Assembly: GCA_976226885.1 (NCBI GenBank) | Contig: OZ320313.1 | Coordinates: 155,806,001-155,870,000, forward strand | Origin: Iphione sp. A-MEVVRFRX5 | Taxonomy: Eukaryota | Direction of reading: 5' to 3' | DNA: 64,000 bases | Part shown: positions 61,101 through 64,000 of the stretch, piece after piece | Numbering within the stretch: position 1 is the stretch's first letter | Layout: each line of letters opens with the position of its first letter | Position numbers and translations under genes: made by a program | Notes under the pieces: model-generated | Told to the model about the DNA's origin: nothing | Databases searched by the model: none | Seen by the model: only the letters and a program-made list of their open reading frames with translations

Positions 61101-63967
61101 ATGTCTCAGGCAACGACTTGCCAAGTCTACAGGTTGTGGAGAAATATTTACTTTCCCGATATAAGAGCCACAACTGAAAATTAACAAGTATAGTTATAAG
61201 CCAAATGATTGAATGATACTTTTCTTTCAAATGTCAATAAGAACTTCTCTTCAACATGTTTGATAGACATTTCCAAATGGGAGAGTAACTTACAAATTAT
61301 CAGTTTCTTACAGACCAAAAACAAATTGAAATCCGATTGTAAAAGGTTATCATCTCATTAAGTCAGAGGAAAGCTTTATTTTAAAGGTTACCCTTTGTGT
61401 TTCATGAACATGATTTTGTTCTGACCATCGGCGGCCAGGCCAGCACTGACTTCCTGGAATCGCAGACATGTCTGGGCCTCCCAGTGATTGATAGCTTTCT
61501 TAATTTTCTTTCTGTCGAAGGAATCTGGAAAGGATGGGCATGCATGATATACTTGATAAAGTGTGTTGATATACACTCATAAAGTAGAAGAATAGATTTA
61601 TTTGCTGTAATATTCATTGAAATAAGTTTTATCAAGTGGTGAGAGCACACACCCCTTCGAGCATGAAAAGGGGGCCCGCGTTGGGTAACAGGGCCTCTCT
61701 TGTTAGCTTTTGTGCTTTGATTCTTCCTCACTGACTGTCAATACCACTATGTACACATACTGATTGGCCTTTCGCTCGAATCTACCCTTTTTGTATTCAG
61801 GTCATTTGGAAATCATGCCCACTTGTCAAGAAACTGTACATACGGTGCTTCATAATGTCAGTTTTGAAATATGTGTACTCTAGTGCCATAACTTCTATTA
61901 TGATGCAGCTGTACTAGGTAGCCTCTGACTTTTAGAACTGGTCATAGTGCCACACCCATACCCATTGTGAAATTGTACTAGGTGAACCCTGACCTGTGCT
62001 TCTGGTTGTGGCACCATGATCGAACCCATGCAAAAGTGTACTCTACAATCTTTGGGGCCCTGGATTCCCCAGATACATTGTATACTGTTTGAGAGATCTC
62101 TGGGTATCCAGGCACTTGCTATCTTGTAACCAGAGCATTTCAGCTGAATAGTGCAGAACATTCCATTGAAAATGACATGGAAACCCATGGACACTTTCAT
62201 TCCATACTTTATTACAGGTAGCTACACTTGTTTATCACATGACATTCGTTCATACTATAAGTATGAGCCCAGTATAGCCAATTAATCAGTTTGTATTTAG
62301 ACCTATTGTATGGAATGCGTTGTTTTGATATTCAACACTGGGATGAATCCAACGTATATTACAGTACTGAGGGGTTTTCTTAGAAAGAATAGTAAAACAT
62401 TGCACTTTTGCCACTATCTTTCAAATCTATATACACATCTTTCCCAATTTCATTCATAACCGAGGGATCATCATGAGACATTATTCTTTCCACATATCAT
62501 AGCCCTAGGCCACACTTTTAGATATAGAGATAAACTAGATGTGGACATACCATCACACATAGAACGGACTGAAACTATTCAACTACTCCTCTCAGATTTC
62601 TCAGTGTGGTAACCCAACAAATACCAGGTATAGTCACATCATTATCTATAGGGATCAACTGCTTTCCCCGACCATATAATTGATTTGCCTCAGTCGGTTT
62701 ACCAATTTTTCTGTTCAGACTAGCCTTTATGGTTAACGAAAACTGGTGTCGAGCATAATATTTTCGAGTTGATCCTGAATGTCCAAACACAGACAACCAG
62801 GCATTTAGAACGATCAGGATGACATTAACGTTGGTTGGCACTAGGGTCCTACTTAAACCTGCAGTATCTTCTTAGATCTGCAGAGCAGATCATTGCAGGT
62901 TACAGTGACGATGGGAGAGGATACGAGGTGTTCCTTTAGCCAAGTGGATTGTCTTTTGGCTAGATCCTGGGTTCTCCAGTGATAACGTCTCCAGTCAGAA
63001 CATCACATGGACCTTTCTCTGTCGACACCCTATACACCTTCCCTCCTATCGCTACGCATTTGCAGGTTGATCGGTGTATAAGCTGATATTAGACTATGTT
63101 CTAAATTAATCTATAACAGCTTCTCACTAAATACTCGTTAAGGTAGACCTTCATAAAGTGCTGGTACATTATGACCTAGGAGTCCCACTAAATACCTCCT
63201 GATATAGAAAAAAACCGTGTGAAGTTGGCTATTTGTCAGTGGTCTCCTGTCAACACATATACGTCTACCTACATTAAGAAGTCTCTTTTTTGGTAATCAT
63301 TATGAAAGCAACCACGCGCGACTATGCCAATGATTACTCTCACTCTTACCGTGTGTTCCATCGAAGGTGTACTTAATGGGTAGGGGCCATTTGGTGACAA
63401 ACTGGCTGAAGGAATCCACCTTTCTTTTGTGTCTTCTCCTGGAACTCAGGATATTGATGAAGTATTGGATCTGATCGGGGGTTAGGAAGACCTGTTCCAG
63501 GTGGTCGTCAGTTGCATTGGGAAGCAACTGGTTGGCATAGGTCTGTGAATAAAAATAAAGATGTCAAATATTTATGACATATTGAGACTTATTTTCGCCC
63601 TCATATTGTATTTTTTGTCATAATAGAAATCAACTTAAAAGCCAGACCAGCTAAGAGACGAAAACTTTAGACAATCCAACGATATACATTCCATACAATT
63701 TAACGCGACACCGAGCCCAGTTGGAGAAACAAAGTCAGCGTGAAAAAAATCAGTCTGGTCATTTTCAGGGCTCCTAGTACTTTTATGACTTAAATGATCT
63801 CAGTGATCACGGTTTACCTGTCCGTCCGTTTGAGCACGTTGTGCCAGAAGTTGTTCCAGTTCCGCCACTTTGTCCTTGATGTATTTACATGTACCTTCTG
63901 GAAAGCCATGGCACTCCATCCATGTCGGACCTAGGTTGATACCACTATCAGCCGGACGAATATTATT
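40099..63967 (-). CDS. Multi-exon gene (24 exons in window, 5'-incomplete): astacin metalloprotease-EGF-CUB-4x(PT linker-VWA)-TSP1-Cys-rich tail; BP10/SpAN/NAS-like
   Basis: All 23 introns are GT-AG with matching phases. Exon lengths sum to 4683 nt, giving one open frame that ends in TGA at 40099-40101. Motifs: [25 protein letters not shown], four DxSxS MIDAS motifs, [15 protein letters not shown]. Confidence 0.9.
40844..40936 (-). CDS. Exon 23: end of TSP1 ([14 protein letters not shown]) and start of Cys-rich tail
   Basis: Acceptor ttgttcttctag; phase 2 fits exon 22; E.xxCNxxPC completes TSP1; donor AG|gtgggt. Confidence 0.82.
41060..41349 (-). mobile_element. tRNA-derived SINE (3' end uncertain)
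   Basis: Head GGGGAGTTAACTCAGTGGTAGAGC...GGTTCAATCC with A- and B-box-like motifs, no clean cloverleaf, and a non-tRNA body. Confidence 0.55.
41605..42135. mobile_element. Tc1/mariner-type MITE with internal direct repeats
   Basis: TIRs CAGAGAGTATTCCAAAACCGAAC and (rc) CAGAGAGAATTCCAAAACCGAAC; TA flanks; a repeated TTGGAGGGGAAC..GCTCGCCCTGGTCGAC block inside. Confidence 0.8.
42285..42552. mobile_element. Harbinger-like MITE copy homologous to 1180-1546 (left end uncertain)
   Basis: Shared blocks TTTTGAAAATGGAACATG, GGAAAAACAC(A)TGAATACAT and CATGTATACAGT; right TIR CATGAAAACCCAGCC followed by TAA. Confidence 0.55.
43735..43837 (-). CDS. Exon 22: TSP1 domain, first part ([23 protein letters not shown])
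   Basis: Not in the ORF track. WxxWxxCSxxCG...RxRxC pattern; 103 nt, phase 1-2; donor gtaaga. Confidence 0.92.
44266..44364 (-). CDS. Exon 21: Thr-rich linker 5
   Basis: 99 nt, phase 1-1 ([32 protein letters not shown]). Confidence 0.82.
44942..45511 (-). CDS. Exon 20: VWA domain 4 (single exon)
   Basis: [11 protein letters not shown]...EWTNT...VVTDGRS; 570 nt, phase 1-1. Confidence 0.95.
46069..46191 (-). CDS. Exon 19: Pro/Thr-rich linker 4
   Basis: Not in the ORF track. 123 nt, phase 1-1 ([35 protein letters not shown]...); donor gtagga is less certain. Confidence 0.78.
46545..47245. repeat. About 700-bp polypurine (GA-rich) low-complexity tract in intron 18 of the astacin-VWA gene
   Basis: The + strand is almost entirely G and A, with irregular GGGA/GAGA/GGAA units. 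Confidence 0.95.
47374..47514 (-). CDS. Exon 18: VWA domain 3, C-terminal part ([20 protein letters not shown]...EKIC)
   Basis: Not in the ORF track. 141 nt, phase 1-1; completes the VWA fold as in domains 1, 2 and 4; donor gtaagt. Confidence 0.9.
48221..48655 (-). CDS. Exon 17: VWA domain 3, N-terminal part
   Basis: [11 protein letters not shown]...EWTNT...LVTDGES; 435 nt, phase 1-1. Confidence 0.93.
48995..49264 (-). CDS. Exon 16: Pro/Thr-rich repetitive linker 3
   Basis: 270 nt, phase 1-1; xYPT and xGPT tetrapeptide repeats. Confidence 0.88.
49741..50012 (-). CDS. Exon 15: VWA domain 2, C-terminal part
   Basis: [20 protein letters not shown]...TAMC; 272 nt, phase 2-1. Confidence 0.93.
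50502..50808 (-). CDS. Exon 14: VWA domain 2, N-terminal part
   Basis: [11 protein letters not shown]...EMTNTSGG; 307 nt, phase 1-2. Confidence 0.93.
51796..51891 (-). CDS. Exon 13: Pro/Thr-rich linker 2
   Basis: 96 nt, phase 1-1 ([32 protein letters not shown]); donor gtgaga. Confidence 0.82.
53111..53680 (-). CDS. Exon 12: VWA domain 1 (single exon)
   Basis: [11 protein letters not shown]...TNT...LVTDGES; 570 nt, phase 1-1. Confidence 0.95.
54116..54283 (-). CDS. Exon 11: Pro/Thr-rich linker 1
   Basis: 168 nt, phase 1-1, open ([14 protein letters not shown]...NRNSRQ); acceptor ttccag, donor gtgagt. Confidence 0.8.
54546..54673 (-). CDS. Exon 10: CUB domain part 3 (RFCC...[12 protein letters not shown]...RGFQFSY)
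   Basis: 128 nt, phase 2-1; CUB C-terminal RFC...SxxNxMxVxFxS...GF pattern. Confidence 0.9.
55008..55130. repeat. Long imperfect palindrome (hairpin element)
   Basis: Perfect 14-bp stem GGAAGTTTAGACAC (55034-47) / GTGTCTAAACTTCC (55089-102); inner GGGCT-G-GGAC-GAA-GTCC-G-AGCCC; outer TTTAACGA / TCGTTAAA. Confidence 0.85.
57172..57296 (-). CDS. Exon 9: CUB domain part 2 ([11 protein letters not shown]...CFHWVEVRY)
   Basis: 125 nt, phase 0-2; CUB APxGxxIxLxF...C..WVEV pattern. Confidence 0.9.
57357..57530. mobile_element. Short Tc1/pogo-type MITE in the intron between exons 8 and 9
   Basis: Ends CAGTGGAACCGTTGTTTGCGACC and (rc) CAGTCGGACCCTTATTTGCGACC; internal GGTCGCAAAT repeats. Confidence 0.55.
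57785..57894 (-). CDS. Exon 8: CUB domain part 1 (CGGE...SSPHY...ECTWLL)
   Basis: CUB N-terminal CGG / SPxY / CxW pattern; 110 nt, phase 1-0. Confidence 0.9.
58233..58364 (-). CDS. Exon 7: EGF-like domain ([26 protein letters not shown])
   Basis: The CxNxGYxDPxxCxxCxCPxGFxGxxC pattern follows astacin in BP10/NAS proteins; 132 nt, phase 1-1. Confidence 0.93.
59017..59140 (-). CDS. Exon 6: astacin C-terminus ([32 protein letters not shown])
   Basis: Astacin IGQRxxLSxxD motif; 124 nt, phase 0-1. Confidence 0.93.
60127..60327 (-). CDS. Exon 5: astacin catalytic centre [19 protein letters not shown] and Met-turn region YDYGSVLHY
   Basis: Canonical HExxHxxGFxHExxRxDRD motif; 201 nt, phase 0-0. 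Confidence 0.97.
61101..61173 (-). CDS. Exon 4: astacin domain ([25 protein letters not shown])
   Basis: Not in the ORF track. 73 nt, phase 2-0; matches the astacin GCxSxVG...QxVxL..xC segment; donor gtaagt. Confidence 0.92.
61392..61524 (-). CDS. Exon 3: astacin domain ([18 protein letters not shown])
   Basis: Matches the astacin AxxHWxxxTCLRF pattern; 133 nt, phase 1-2; acceptor atcctttccag, donor gtaacc. Confidence 0.92.
63350..63542 (-). CDS. Exon 2: end of pro-peptide, furin-type site RRRHKR|KV, start of astacin domain ([12 protein letters not shown])
   Basis: Acceptor ttttattcacag, donor gtaaga; 193 nt, phase 0-1. Confidence 0.9.
63818..63967 (-). CDS. Exon 1 in window: pro-peptide (NNIRPADSG...QTDGQ)
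   Basis: Acceptor tttttatttgcag, donor gtaaac; 150 nt, phase 0-0, open frame. Confidence 0.75.
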
Positions 63968-64000
63968 CTGCAAATAAAAACAAAAATTTTTACATATAAA

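Noticed and set aside
62575-63100. Coding-looking stretch in the intron between exons 2 and 3 of the astacin gene
   Set aside because: Multiple stops on both strands, no motif, and the flanking exons already join in phase.
1-64000. CRISPR arrays, rRNA genes, intact tRNA genes, prokaryotic operons
   Set aside because: None seen; the window has spliceosomal introns and eukaryotic transposons throughout.

Overview
AT-rich, intron- and repeat-rich eukaryotic DNA that reads like a marine invertebrate, plausibly an annelid or other lophotrochozoan (inference). The main feature is a minus-strand gene at 40099-63967 whose 5' end (signal peptide) lies beyond the window. I could thread 24 GT-AG exons by hand into one open frame of 4683 nt (1560 aa plus stop). 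Domain order: pro-peptide with furin site, astacin zinc metalloprotease, EGF-like, CUB, four repeats of [Pro/Thr-rich linker + VWA], Thr-rich linker, TSP1, Cys-rich tail. This is a BP10/SpAN/nematode-NAS-type astacin carrying a four-VWA cassette built from phase-1 modules; I know of no characterised protein with this architecture. Bases 1-40000 are mostly intergenic or intronic. They hold two 5'-truncated CR1/L2-group LINEs with long open RT frames, a decayed pogo/Tigger transposon, many PIF/Harbinger-like and Tc1-like MITEs, tRNA-derived SINE heads, micro- and minisatellites, a perfect 246-bp duplication and a few isolated candidate exons that I could not assemble into a gene. All calls come from manual reading; no searches were run.
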